Shown: positions 25,600 to 35,900 of the stretch, one piece after another
Layout: every line of letters starts with the position of its first letter
How positions within the stretch are numbered: position 1 is the stretch's first letter
Origin: a virus
Lineage: Duplodnaviria > Caudoviricetes
Virus record (IMG/VR): IMGVR_UViG_3300033072_000306
Span: 25,451-89,450 of that record
Reading direction: 5' to 3' (one strand)
Length of the DNA stretch: 64,000 nucleotides
Position numbers and translations under genes: made by a program
The notes under the pieces: model-generated
Seen by the model: only the letters and a program-made list of their open reading frames with translations
What the model was told of the DNA's origin: nothing
Databases searched by the model: none

Positions 25600-27354
25600 T
25601 TAAAAAGGAATTTCATCCTCATCGTCATCCACGATCACAACACTTTTCTTAATACTGGCTGTGTTAGCAACCTCTGTTGTTTCATCATCGTAAAGTTGAA
25701 TAGACCAATCCACATCATTTAAAGAGAATACATCAGCAATTCCTAAATCACCAAACTCACGATTCTTTAAGATACCCCAACGTACACGCCCACGTTTCTT
25801 ATTAGGAAGATACTCTCGTTCCAAACTTAAAACATTCCATGAAAGTTGCTCTAAACCACCTGAACCACGTAGATGCGATAAAGAGATACTGTTCCAGAAT
25901 GGCTCATCTTCCTTGCCTTTTGGCGGTGTTACACTGCTTCCTTGACGATTTAAATGTACAACAAGAATAATTCCAATATCATTAGCTGCACAGAATGCTG
26001 CAAGCTCAGTCATAACAATATCAATCTCTTTACGTTCATCTTTAATATCACTTCCAGAGATAACCATAGATAAATGATCTAGGACGATATAATCACACTT
26101 CTCAATAAAGTACATGTGCTTAACTTTCGCCATTAACTCTTTAATAGGCATTGAGCCAAAGTGATCTAAGAAGATAATATTGTCACGCTTACACAAGTCA
26201 TTATACACTCTAGTAATATCTTCTTGTGAAGCCACAGCTAAAGGATTTCGCTTATACTCTCGGTAAGACACTTTCAACTCTGCTGCGATACTACGCTGTA
26301 GAGTCTTAGTTGCTGTTTCCTCAAGATAGATTGTCCCAGCTTTATAACCTTGATCACGAATATCATCGCAAATCTTTGATACTGCTGTAGTTTTTCCTGC
26401 ACCACTGCTCGCACTGATGATAGTTAATTCACGTTTACGAAATCCTCCAAGCATTTCATTAAGTTTAGGGAAGCAATCTACTTGAACACCAAGCTCAAGA
26501 GGTCGCATAACATCCTCTAAAGAAATATCGCTAACATGAAGAATCTTCTCAGTCACTAAAGGCTTACGCTCAAACTGTACTAACTTTGCAAGCGAGTTTG
26601 ATGCTTCGGCTAAATCCTTGAAAACACCTTTATGATCTTGCAGATAATCGCTTGCATCCTTATACCCATGCAAAGGCTGAATACTGAATAACTCAATACT
26701 GCCAATGAAAGCTCCAGAGACCTCCTCACGAGCTTCCTTACCTTTTAGAACGCCTTTCTTTAACTCTGCTGGTGTAGCGTAATCATCATCAAAGAAGATC
26801 GTCATACTGTCGAATGATTGGACAAATTCTTTATTGTGCAACAAAGCCTCTGTAGCATTCTTAGTGCCTAAAGGGATTGAAACAACAAATGGCTCTTGAC
26901 CTTCGTATTTAGTCCCCTCTAAACTGTCCAATTGGGCTTGATAAACAGATAAGCAATCCCATTGACCTTCTGTAACAGTGAAGTTTGTGTGCTTACGATT
27001 AATAGTCTCAGCAACGTCTTGACCAAAAAGCTTATTGCCAATCCCAACCTTACCAACAGCAGTCCAATGAAAATCTTCATCTTTACGCTTAGTTAGGTCT
27101 TGCTTCATAAATCCTGTAACTTCACCTTTATTGTTATAGGATGGAAAATAAAATGCTGTTGGTGTTTTCCCATCTAGCTCTGATACAGATGAACGAACAC
27201 CGAATTTCTCTAAAGTATCCTTTCGGATTCCACGTTCACGAAAACCTTTGAATGGATACTTTAGAACATCTTCGATAGTTTCTTTTGGTGTATTCATTTC
27301 ACCATCTTTACTTGTTGACACGTAATCTCCTTTAATCTTTTTGAAGTAACCCAC
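25600..27354 (-). CDS. primase-helicase (T7 gp4-like TOPRIM + DnaB-like helicase), no N-terminal zinc-binding domain
   Basis: TEGQWD and FFDDD (TOPRIM); SGAGKT Walker A, VLDHL Walker B, HLNR, LRGSGGLEQ, KNREFG; GTG start, in-frame TGA 6 nt upstream. Confidence 0.92.
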   Translation of the reverse strand: MGYFKKIKGDYVSTSKDGEMNTPKETIEDVLKYPFKGFRERGIRKDTLEKFGVRSSVSELDGKTPTAFYFPSYNNKGEVTGFMKQDLTKRKDEDFHWTAVGKVGIGNKLFGQDVAETINRKHTNFTVTEGQWDCLSVYQAQLDSLEGTKYEGQEPFVVSIPLGTKNATEALLHNKEFVQSFDSMTIFFDDDYATPAELKKGVLKGKEAREEVSGAFIGSIELFSIQPLHGYKDASDYLQDHKGVFKDLAEASNSLAKLVQFERKPLVTEKILHVSDISLEDVMRPLELGVQVDCFPKLNEMLGGFRKRELTIISASSGAGKTTAVSKICDDIRDQGYKAGTIYLEETATKTLQRSIAAELKVSYREYKRNPLAVASQEDITRVYNDLCKRDNIIFLDHFGSMPIKELMAKVKHMYFIEKCDYIVLDHLSMVISGSDIKDERKEIDIVMTELAAFCAANDIGIILVVHLNRQGSSVTPPKGKEDEPFWNSISLSHLRGSGGLEQLSWNVLSLEREYLPNKKRGRVRWGILKNREFGDLGIADVFSLNDVDWSIQLYDDETTEVANTASIKKSVVIVDDDEDEIPF

Positions 27355-27369
27355 AAATCAAACCCCTAT

Positions 27370-27516
27370 TCAAACCCCATCTTCCCAAATCTCATAAGTT
27401 TCTTCTACAGTGTAACCTCGCTCCCAATACTTCTTAACAACACTTACATCGTCAATATCCATATTGTTAAAATCACACAACTCTAAAAACTTCTTTTTAA
27501 ACTCTGTCCATTTCAT
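27370..27516 (-). CDS. hypothetical protein (48 aa, below cutoff)
   Basis: MKWTEFKKKFLELC...EIWEDGV*, GGAG/GGTG RBS. Confidence 0.6.
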   Translation of the reverse strand: MKWTEFKKKFLELCDFNNMDIDDVSVVKKYWERGYTVEETYEIWEDGV

Positions 27517-27540
27517 TAGTATTCACCACTCCCAAAAATA

Positions 27541-27951
27541 TTAATCTATAAAAACTGTACCATACACACATGAATCAAAATTGTCAATAATTCGATTACG
27601 CATATCATCACCAATAAACTTTAACCCATACTCAGGTGAATCGTTATTAAATCGCTTCCAAAAATAAGGGTGTACAAAGAACTTCAAAGGAACATCTTCA
27701 CCATTCGTCAACATTACATCATTAACTACGAAATGATTATTTACTATATTACCAAAGGGTAGTTTACAAACAGCCTTATCATTAAAAACATCAACTTTAT
27801 GTAACTTACCTTCAAACAAAATGTAAGCTGAACTTGGGAAAACCTCAATATCTTCGTAGAATAAATCCATGCAATTCTTAACACCATTTATAAATTTACC
27901 GTTAAGAATATTACTAAATTCATTAACATCCTCAATAATCATTAATAACAC
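27541..27951 (-). CDS. hypothetical protein
   Basis: 136-aa tiled ORF. Confidence 0.65.
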   Translation of the reverse strand: MLLMIIEDVNEFSNILNGKFINGVKNCMDLFYEDIEVFPSSAYILFEGKLHKVDVFNDKAVCKLPFGNIVNNHFVVNDVMLTNGEDVPLKFFVHPYFWKRFNNDSPEYGLKFIGDDMRNRIIDNFDSCVYGTVFID

Positions 27952-28295
27952 CCTCTCCCAAAAATATACGGTTGAAAATCTTCACTCTTGTTAAGCATAT
28001 TATACAACTCAGAATACATAGTCAAGCTTAAATGTATATCACGGTCAACACATTTATCATCTTTTAACTTATTCTCAGCAATATTAATGTATTGTAAGAG
28101 TTGTGTTTGAATACCTACGCCTGTATATGTCCAACAAGGAGACATCTTATACGTTGATTTCTTTTTCCACCAGAACATGCCTTTGTAACATTCATACTCT
28201 TTATCATCTTCACCATTATAGTTTTGATGTTGCTCTAGACAAATAACAGAAACACGTAGAAGTTCTTCTGGTGATATATTTACAAATCCATTCAC
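27942..28295 (-). CDS. hypothetical protein
   Basis: 117-aa ORF with GGAG RBS. Confidence 0.65.
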   Translation of the reverse strand: MNGFVNISPEELLRVSVICLEQHQNYNGEDDKEYECYKGMFWWKKKSTYKMSPCWTYTGVGIQTQLLQYINIAENKLKDDKCVDRDIHLSLTMYSELYNMLNKSEDFQPYIFGRGCY

Positions 28296-28347
28296 TTAAT
28301 CAATCTCCCGTTCATTTCATAGATATCCTAATATAAGTTACACATTG

Positions 28348-28683
28348 TTAATATAAGTTTTCTGAATACAACGTACCACCATCTGAATCATCACCACCAA
28401 CTCTTCGAACAATTTGTTTCTGCTCTACAGCTATTTTCCAAGCTTCTTGACGGTCTACAAATTTACCTTTAGACGTTACGAAGCCCTGTTTCATGTATTT
28501 ATCATGTAGACGAACATTATAACTGTTTGTAGAAAAATCATACATAGAATACATATCGTCTGATCCATGTCGGATTCCACAAATAATTACATTATCTGCT
28601 TGATAATAAATTGCAGCAGATACAATCCGTTCTGGTGGGTCATAATCACTACCACTTGGTAAGTTATCTATATATTCACTCAT
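28348..28683 (-). CDS. conserved phage hypothetical protein
   Basis: IV.AAI...G.RH...QGF.TS.G.FVDR.EA..IA...Q...LYSE.LY pattern. Confidence 0.7.
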   Translation of the reverse strand: MSEYIDNLPSGSDYDPPERIVSAAIYYQADNVIICGIRHGSDDMYSMYDFSTNSYNVRLHDKYMKQGFVTSKGKFVDRQEAWKIAVEQKQIVRRVGGDDSDGGTLYSENLY

Positions 28684-28707
28684 TAGTTGCTCCTATATCT
28701 TCAACAC

Positions 28708-29010
28708 TTAACTTGTAAAAATCCAAATACACCCTATCTCATCACCAGCTCGTAATTCAATTGGTGCTACATCATCATTCTTAACAACAATTAAAGGTTT
28801 ACCTTTCCAGTTTGCAGGGAATGGAGTAAACACCTTCTGTTGCAACCCTTTCTTAGCTAAACACTTACGAAGATAAAACTTCCCATAGCATTGCTTACCA
28901 AGATCACTATGAATGTGTACATCTTCATTAACCTCAACTTCAACTACACTCCCAACAGGAATCTCACAACGATTCTTTACAGTTAGTTTTTCAATTTTAT
29001 ACATCTCCAA
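28708..29010 (-). CDS. degenerate trimeric dUTPase/dCTP-deaminase-fold protein
   Basis: IP.G..V.V..NE, R.CLAKKGL, P.NWKG..LI...N...I.L.AGDEIG; catalytic Asp and motif 5 absent. Confidence 0.55.
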   Translation of the reverse strand: MEMYKIEKLTVKNRCEIPVGSVVEVEVNEDVHIHSDLGKQCYGKFYLRKCLAKKGLQQKVFTPFPANWKGKPLIVVKNDDVAPIELRAGDEIGCIWIFTS

Positions 29011-29257
29011 CTCCTCTAGAAATAACCTTAATGTTATTGATCAATATTAAATCATTGGAAACTATTTTGCAATACTTAGAACAACTCCAATTAGGATTAT
29101 TTGAAATCACTCTTGAGAAATACTCGTGATCAACTTTAGGAATATAAATTTTAATTTTATTCGCATCAACACCTAGTCGTGTAGCACTACCACTAATTTG
29201 TAGTATTGCTTCTTGAATGTTCTTCATCTCAACTTCTTCTGAAATATTAATTTCCAT
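28997..29257 (-). CDS. hypothetical protein
   Basis: 86-aa tiled ORF. Confidence 0.6.
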   Translation of the reverse strand: MEINISEEVEMKNIQEAILQISGSATRLGVDANKIKIYIPKVDHEYFSRVISNNPNWSCSKYCKIVSNDLILINNIKVISRGVGDV

Positions 29258-29451
29258 TATTTATTCTCCAATACCAAGCACCACAAATATCCATAGTGAT
29301 CATCAACAAAATCCGAGAAAGCTTTTAGTCCACCTCGATCATCATAGAATACATAATGGTCATATCGTTTAACAACTTCATATTCTTTGTTTAAACTTAT
29401 CCACCTATCTGTTTTAAGTGAATTAAAAATCTTAAAAGGTTTTATTTTCAT
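29257..29451 (-). CDS. hypothetical protein
   Basis: 64-aa ORF with GGAG RBS. Confidence 0.65.
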   Translation of the reverse strand: MKIKPFKIFNSLKTDRWISLNKEYEVVKRYDHYVFYDDRGGLKAFSDFVDDHYGYLWCLVLENK

Positions 29452-29465
29452 TTATACATCTCCAA

Positions 29466-29786
29466 TTAAACATGCAAAGATTCTAACTCTTTCTTAACAT
29501 TGTTGTCAACACATCCCCACAACATAATAAACATGTAACTAGAAGCTCTCATACGCTCTATAGCACCATCTTTAGTAGTTTCCTTAGTGAATGTACCTAG
29601 TGTCTCAATAACAGCCCAGAATAAGCTCTCAGGGGCATTTATGAGCATGTTTAGTTGCATGTTATAAGCAACCTTAATATCTTCTGTATGCATCCCCATA
29701 GCCATTTGTGCTTGTCCTGATAATAATTGCTGTCGCATCATTTTGAATTGCTCAACAATGTTTGACTCTAATACTGGTAAATTCAT
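29466..29786 (-). CDS. hypothetical protein
   Basis: 106-aa ORF with AGGA RBS and an upstream TTGCTT-N17-TAAGCT promoter-like site. Confidence 0.7.
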   Translation of the reverse strand: MNLPVLESNIVEQFKMMRQQLLSGQAQMAMGMHTEDIKVAYNMQLNMLINAPESLFWAVIETLGTFTKETTKDGAIERMRASSYMFIMLWGCVDNNVKKELESLHV

Positions 29787-29892
29787 ATTTCCTATTCCTC
29801 GTGTTTATGCAATGATAAGCTTATACCAAATCTTAACTTAAAGCAATTATACCGAATATAGGAGAATACCCCTCCCCGTACTTTCTAATTTA

Positions 29893-30633
29893 CTAAACAC
29901 TATCATGCACTTTATCAGGGTAGAAAAAGTTTTTGTGGTACTCACTCATATCAGACTTAGTCAACACTCGAAACATTTCAGGGGTTAGATCAACCATGTT
30001 CTCAAACTTTTGTGTAAACGAAATATATGATGGTGTATAACCAGTGCCAGTTACAATTTCAATAAAACCCAAATCACCAAGAAACTTTGTCCATTTAACC
30101 AAAATACTATGTGATGTAAATTTAACAATGTCTTCACCACCTGTACCAAGTATAAACTTAAGATGACTGCAATTTTGAGATTTTAAGTAGATATAGTTGT
30201 AAAGCCAAAAACCCACAATCTTATAAGAAATGTCAAAGTCTTTTTTCTTTAAGGTAATATCTTCTTGTATCTTATTTACTGTCTTTTTAAGAGTGCTAGA
30301 AACACCTTTAAAATCTTTACTTACCAACCCTGCACAAATCATAGAATTTTTATTGGTCTCTATAAACAATGCTATATCGTCTACACCTGAGTAAAATTCT
30401 GTTTTACCACATATATTCTCTGGGAAAACCACTGAAATGTGCTTGAACTTTTCATGGACGAGAAGTTCTAAGTACAAACAAATTTCATCATCTAGCTCCC
30501 AAACCTTCACTATTTCGTAGTTATACTTTTTGAACCTTTTAAATCTGTTTGTAATCTTGTCTAATCCTGTTTGCCCAACCTTGTAGTAGGTTTTTCCATT
30601 TAGACTTAACTTAACAATATAAATATTTTTCAT
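29893..30633 (-). CDS. free-standing GIY-YIG (T5orf172-like) endonuclease with C-terminal winged-helix
   Basis: IYIVK...YYKVGQT...R...LE..VH...GKTEF; C-terminal L.DLGFIE..G motif. Confidence 0.75.
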   Translation of the reverse strand: MKNIYIVKLSLNGKTYYKVGQTGLDKITNRFKRFKKYNYEIVKVWELDDEICLYLELLVHEKFKHISVVFPENICGKTEFYSGVDDIALFIETNKNSMICAGLVSKDFKGVSSTLKKTVNKIQEDITLKKKDFDISYKIVGFWLYNYIYLKSQNCSHLKFILGTGGEDIVKFTSHSILVKWTKFLGDLGFIEIVTGTGYTPSYISFTQKFENMVDLTPEMFRVLTKSDMSEYHKNFFYPDKVHDSV

Positions 30634-30670
30634 TCTTTAACAACCTCCATTTCAAATTCTTTAAAATTTA

Positions 30671-30699
30671 AACTTACCACAAACATCGAGAAAGTACAA
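30671..30699 (-). promoter_or_regulatory. sigma70-type promoter for the endonuclease
   Basis: TTGTAC-N17-TAAGTT. Confidence 0.5.
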
Positions 30700-30793
30700 C
30701 ACAATAATAAATCTTCGTAAACTCAACAAACAACTAAATCTATAATTTACAAAACTATTTTTCATCATTTTACTCCTATTTACAAATATAAAC

Positions 30794-30832
30794 AAAATAT
30801 TTCTTGCATTAAGACTTGACAAGATGTATAGT
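30794..30832. promoter_or_regulatory. overlapping opposite-strand sigma70-type promoters
   Basis: minus: TTGTCA(30822-30817)-N17-TATTTT(30799-30794); plus: TTGCAT(30804-30809)-N17-TATAGT(30827-30832). Confidence 0.5.
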
Positions 30833-30978
30833 ACACCTTTCTTTTTACTCTTTTTCTTTTAAACGATAATGTGTTAGCATTAATATCAATCTTTAGATTG
30901 TTACGAATAACTGTTAAGTTATTTGGGATTATAAATAATACTATAAAATAAATTTATAAACAATACTTAAACACATAT

Positions 30979-31188
30979 TCATACTACTCTTACTGTCATA
31001 ATACTGATGTAGCAGATTAATATATAAGATAAACAATCTTCTAAATATCCTTCCAATATGTCATCAGACAATTCTTTAAGTGTATTAGATTCTTCGTTAG
31101 CATAGAAATCTGTACACTCCTCAATCTTCTTCAAGACAAACTCTTCGTTCACTGTTACTTGTAATCTAGCTTTCATTACATTTCTCAA
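30979..31188 (-). CDS. hypothetical protein
   Basis: 69-aa tiled ORF. Confidence 0.55.
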   Translation of the reverse strand: MRNVMKARLQVTVNEEFVLKKIEECTDFYANEESNTLKELSDDILEGYLEDCLSYILICYISIMTVRVV

Positions 31189-31513
31189 CCAACTCTATAG
31201 CTTGTTTCAAAACATCATCTTCAATCAACCGATCTCCACACTCAATGCCTCCAGTAAAACCTTCTTTATAAAGTGCTACCCTTGCTTGAAATAAACCTTC
31301 AAAACTTTCAACTAACTCAAACGCTTCAATGATTTGTTTTAGGTCTTCACTATCTACACACTCGTATTTATCATTTTTTGAATCATAAAATAAGACTTCA
31401 CTTAATTTACACCCTTGTGACTTGTTGTGTAAGTTCACAGCAACAGCCTTACCATACTTCTTCACAAACTCGATTGCATCCATCTTAAAACCCTCTCTAT
31501 CAATAATCTTCAA
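31166..31513 (-). CDS. hypothetical protein
   Basis: start probably MDAIEF after GAGAGG. Confidence 0.65.
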   Translation of the reverse strand: MKIIDREGFKMDAIEFVKKYGKAVAVNLHNKSQGCKLSEVLFYDSKNDKYECVDSEDLKQIIEAFELVESFEGLFQARVALYKEGFTGGIECGDRLIEDDVLKQAIELVEKCNES

Positions 31514-31597
31514 CGAAATGTTGTTGATTCATTTTCATACTATACAACTTCTCTTGATCGTCTGTAAACCCCTCTCAAAAAATTTATCTTCATTAAA

Positions 31598-32350
31598 TCA
31601 GACATTATTGTTTCTGTTATTACCCTTCATTCTTAGTATCTTAGCAAGAGATGGGTTGCTTAACAAGTGTTCAGGAATACCTTTTGTTGCATTGGGGTTT
31701 CCTGTCATACCATCTTCCCAACCTTTAATCATACTCTTAGGGATGAATGGTTCTTTATTCAGTTGCTCATCAAGACGTTTCTGTTTCATGTGTTCAGCGT
31801 ATTGATTTCTTGGAATCCAAGCTTGTCTCTTAGGTTGCCGTATAACACTCTCATTGCTCTTTACAGCGTTGTTTTGTTGTTCAGGTACATACGTACCACC
31901 TACATCTGTATTCGAGCTATTAGGTGATGTTTTTAAGCTATCACGTACATGTTCAATATTACTTTTAACTTCTTTTACTGTTTCATTAATTGTTTCTTTT
32001 GTTTCAGAAGAAATTTGTTTACCTTTAACAGCTACAGACAACAACATCTTCTTACCTTTACTTGTTAAAGAGTAGTGTGTTGTACGATCAAACTTATTGA
32101 AAGGGTTGCGAGATAAAGTAATTAACCCCTTGTCCAACAACTTCTGTTTAGCACGTTGTACTTGTGATATAGATACAGCTTCATCTAAGTCTAAAGATAA
32201 CTCTTTATTTGAACGATAAACAACATCTACAGATTGTGTCTGCATCCAATAGCAAATATGTTGAAAAACCATTGCTGCCATAGCACCAACTTCTTTAGCA
32301 ACGACAGGGTTTACAAGTTTAAGCATCACTTTTGATGTTTCTTTTAACAT
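31598..32350 (-). CDS. winged-helix DNA-binding protein, replication-initiator (DnaD-N/replisome organizer)-like
   Basis: VA..VG..AA..F..I.YW, YRS..EL, S.SQVQRA..KL..GLI, DRT.HYSL; low-complexity C-terminal half. Confidence 0.65.
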   Translation of the reverse strand: MLKETSKVMLKLVNPVVAKEVGAMAAMVFQHICYWMQTQSVDVVYRSNKELSLDLDEAVSISQVQRAKQKLLDKGLITLSRNPFNKFDRTTHYSLTSKGKKMLLSVAVKGKQISSETKETINETVKEVKSNIEHVRDSLKTSPNSSNTDVGGTYVPEQQNNAVKSNESVIRQPKRQAWIPRNQYAEHMKQKRLDEQLNKEPFIPKSMIKGWEDGMTGNPNATKGIPEHLLSNPSLAKILRMKGNNRNNNV

Positions 32351-32387
32351 GACTGAGATTTTCTCCTAGAATCAAAACAACGTAGAC

Positions 32388-32416
32388 ATGGTAAGTGAAA
32401 AACAATTTCTTTTCAA
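32388..32416 (-). promoter_or_regulatory. sigma70-type promoter for the initiator-like gene
   Basis: TTGAAA(32416-32411)-N17-TACCAT(32393-32388). Confidence 0.6.
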
Positions 32417-32917
32417 CATAGTTTTAAAATTAATATTTAATTAATCTATTATTTTAATTTTATTATAGAAGAAAAATCACTTTTATACACTCGATAGATT
32501 TATACCGTTCTAGATAAATTCAATATCGAAAAATGCGTAGTTGTTGGTATTCTAGAAAGTTATACACAACATGAGTTATGAATCCATAATGAAGAAAAAC
32601 TTGTTTATTTAAATTAAAGGAAATAAAAAAAAACTTTCTCATAGGTGAAGAAAAAACTTTCTTGCAGACATAAGAAAACCCACTCCATCCTGAGACGAAG
32701 TGGGTTTAAATGGTTTTTAGGTTTTAATCAAGATGTAAATACAAAGATCATCACAAAGACCTCTATATTTTTCTCTATAGATTCTAGTAGTGATTTCAAT
32801 TTAAACACCTGTATCAGTTTTAATGATGATAGTATTTTATAATGAATAATAAAAACCCAAGCCGAAGATCATGATGTTGTAAATCTAATTAAAGATCAGG
32901 GCTCGTGGTTTGTTGTG
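32417..32917. other. AT-rich non-coding gap, candidate replication origin
   Basis: no credible ORF; TTATACACA (32560-32568, DnaA-box consensus) and TTATACACT (32483-32491); GAAGAAAAA x3; adjacent initiator-like gene. Confidence 0.45.
32676..32707. terminator. hairpin, probable terminator of the late operon
   Basis: AAACCCACT...AGTGGGTTT 9-bp stem. Confidence 0.55.
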
Positions 32918-35900
32918 TTATCTCATACGCAATCGACCTATTACCCAACAAGTACCGCTTGAGAATCGTGGATCAACACGTTTCTGCAACAAGAAACGCT
33001 CTTTTGGTAAAGCATAGGCATAGCTCGATGTTCTGCCTGATGTGTTGCTATATTCATTCTTATCTGACCAAATACGTGAGAAGTTCACCCCATCATAAGT
33101 AATGAGAACACCATCTGGGTTATCACCGTAGCTACCAAGTAAATCTGAACCTAAAAATATGGTTACAGGTAGATTATCGTTATGTCGCCAAAACTGAGCA
33201 GGATAATACGCCAAGCCTGCATGCAAATATAAAGCCATGTCGGTTAATGTTGCCTGATCTTTTGAGACCCTTGCACGTCTTGCGATGTAGCTTGGATTAC
33301 AATCAGAACCGAACAAAATACAGTCTTGCATTGGGTAAACAGAGATATGCTGCTCGTTGTGCTTATTTGGTTGAATCAAGTCACGTGGCTCAATGTGCCA
33401 GACTGGGTTAGCATCCTGTGGGTTGTCGCACCACAAGATTTTACCAACAGCTTGACTATCAAACGGGTAATCACCCATTACCACCCATACACGATTCCAC
33501 CACTTATCCCAAGCGCAACCATGAATGTGTGAACTTGCTGTAGCTGTAGCACCAAAGATCGTCTGATTTTCAAGATCAAGAATTGTCTTGTATGTTCGCC
33601 CATGATCGTTAGAGAAGTTAATTTTACCTTGACCATAGTTCGGTGCAGCAGAATAACCACCTGCAAGCACAATATTATCCTGAACATCGAACAGCCAACC
33701 TGAAAGCAACCCACCTACTGTATTCACATAACCAGTTGCAGCAACCAAAGCAGACCCATTAACAGGAAGATATTTAGCTTCACTACTACTTGCACAGATT
33801 AACGAACCATCCCCTGCAACACGACCATACATATTTGAAGCAAATCCAGATGCGATTGGGACTAGATCAGAACCATCGAAAGTACCTCGATATTCCCCTG
33901 AACCTGCATCAAGCGTAACCGCTGAGATACGAGAATATAAATCATCTACAGTTGTTTTATAGATGTTTGTGTTCGCAGTATTTCGCAAGTAGACGCTATC
34001 GTCTGAATCAATCGTGATGATTTCAAAACCACTTGCATCAATGTACTTCGTTCCTATCAACTTGTTCGGCAGACTATCACGACCACCAATAAGCTTAAAA
34101 TCATTGATAGTTGCAGGAGAATCAACATCAGGAACAAATACTTGACGACCAGTTGTAAATGCACCGCTTACAGGGTTTTGCAACGCATCATATACACGAT
34201 CTCGGCTCGGCATACCTGTTTCAGCAACCGTATCTACAGCATAAACAATGTGCTTGATGTTTTGATATGGAAGCTTTGCAGTAAGTACAGGGCGTTCAAT
34301 TTTTAAAGAACCTGTTGCGGTGTTGGCTTGATGAAATGTAATAGAAACGCCAGTAATATCAACATTTGATGGGTTTTTAGCACTTAATGGAATTAAATAC
34401 TCGGTAAAATCACCGTTGTTCTTCATCGGCACAGGGGATGATAATTCCTGTGTAACCGTTCCACCGATTTTATAAACAAGATAAGCAGTAACAGTGTCAA
34501 TTGATGGACTGGAAAGCATTACACTTAAATACCCACCTTTACCCAAAAAACTATCTGGATAATCAAAATTGAAAGTAGCTCCTTGACCACGAGTAGCAGT
34601 AGTATCTGTCGCTGGAACCTCCAACACCCAGTCACCGTTTTCATTGAGATAACGGCTGTACGCAACTGCATTACCAACCGTATCGTAACCGTTGAGTTTT
34701 GGATAAGGGAATAAACTAACCTGCGTACCTGTAGCGTCTAGCGCATTTACAGTAGTGATTTTTGAGTAGCTATAAACTTTCTGCTTACTGATAATTAGAT
34801 CAGTGATACTTAGCGTTGCATCCACTGTTGTGCTAAATGAGATAACAATTCGATCCGCATCTGTAGCAACGGTGGCTGGTATATTGGTATATAGGTTTGA
34901 GCCATCAGTCAGTGTTGTTGTGAATCCACTACTAGATATGACTGAACCATTAGCTCTGACTTGTGATGTTGTGACTGTTGCAGCACCTCCACCCTTTAAT
35001 ACATTCCCCTTAAAGTTTATGTAAACAACATCACCAGTAACCAACCCCATTTCAGAAACGTATTGTCGCAATAGTGCGGATGCAGCACCACTTAATGCAA
35101 CACTATTATCAGTCCAAACTGCATTTGTTTTTAAAGATAAAAGGTTTAATTTTGGATGTGTCGCAAGGTTGGTGACACTATCATCCACCAAATCTGAAAC
35201 AGTGGTTGGTAATTTAATCGGTGCAGCTCGTTTGCTCTGCATTACAGGATCGTAACTCAATACAAGCCGATCAATAGAAATTGCATCTGTACGAATTGCA
35301 GAGATACTGACTTGCACTTGCTTAATTGCTTTTCCGAAGTCAACACTGGAACTAAATTCCAAACCATTGGTTGCAGTTGTATATACATCACGTGTAATTC
35401 CAGAAGTACCATCTGTTGGCGTACCAACCAAGCGGATACGCATATCACGATTCGCCAGTTGATTTACAAGCATTGAGAAATATAACACCTGTTTATCGGC
35501 AATCGGTAATATGTGACTAAAGGTTGATCCAGCGTTAATAGTTATGCGTTCGCCTGAGTAAGTCACACCACTTAAAGTAGGAAGATGCTCAAAACGAGGG
35601 AATATATTTGTTTTAACTGCTGAACGCAAAATCTCATCTTCTATACGCTCAAAACGTGTAAATCCGCTTGTCGGCTCAAAATCACCAACATACACATCAG
35701 AAATAGTTAAAACTGCACCACCAGTAGCTTCTGGATTTACTATGATTGCATCAATATCATTAGGGTTTACTGCTGATATATTTACATCCACAAGCTTAAA
35801 CCAACCTGTAGTACCATTTGGGATGTTGTAGTAGTTAGAATGTACATTTGTTGTATCTTTCTTGCGAACTTGAACCAACGCACGCATCACACCTGAGTTA

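Noticed and set aside
32645-33102. Plus-strand ORFs 32645-32842 and 32905-33102
   Set aside because: GTG starts without an RBS, atypical composition; one spans a terminator hairpin and the other is antisense to the tail fibre.
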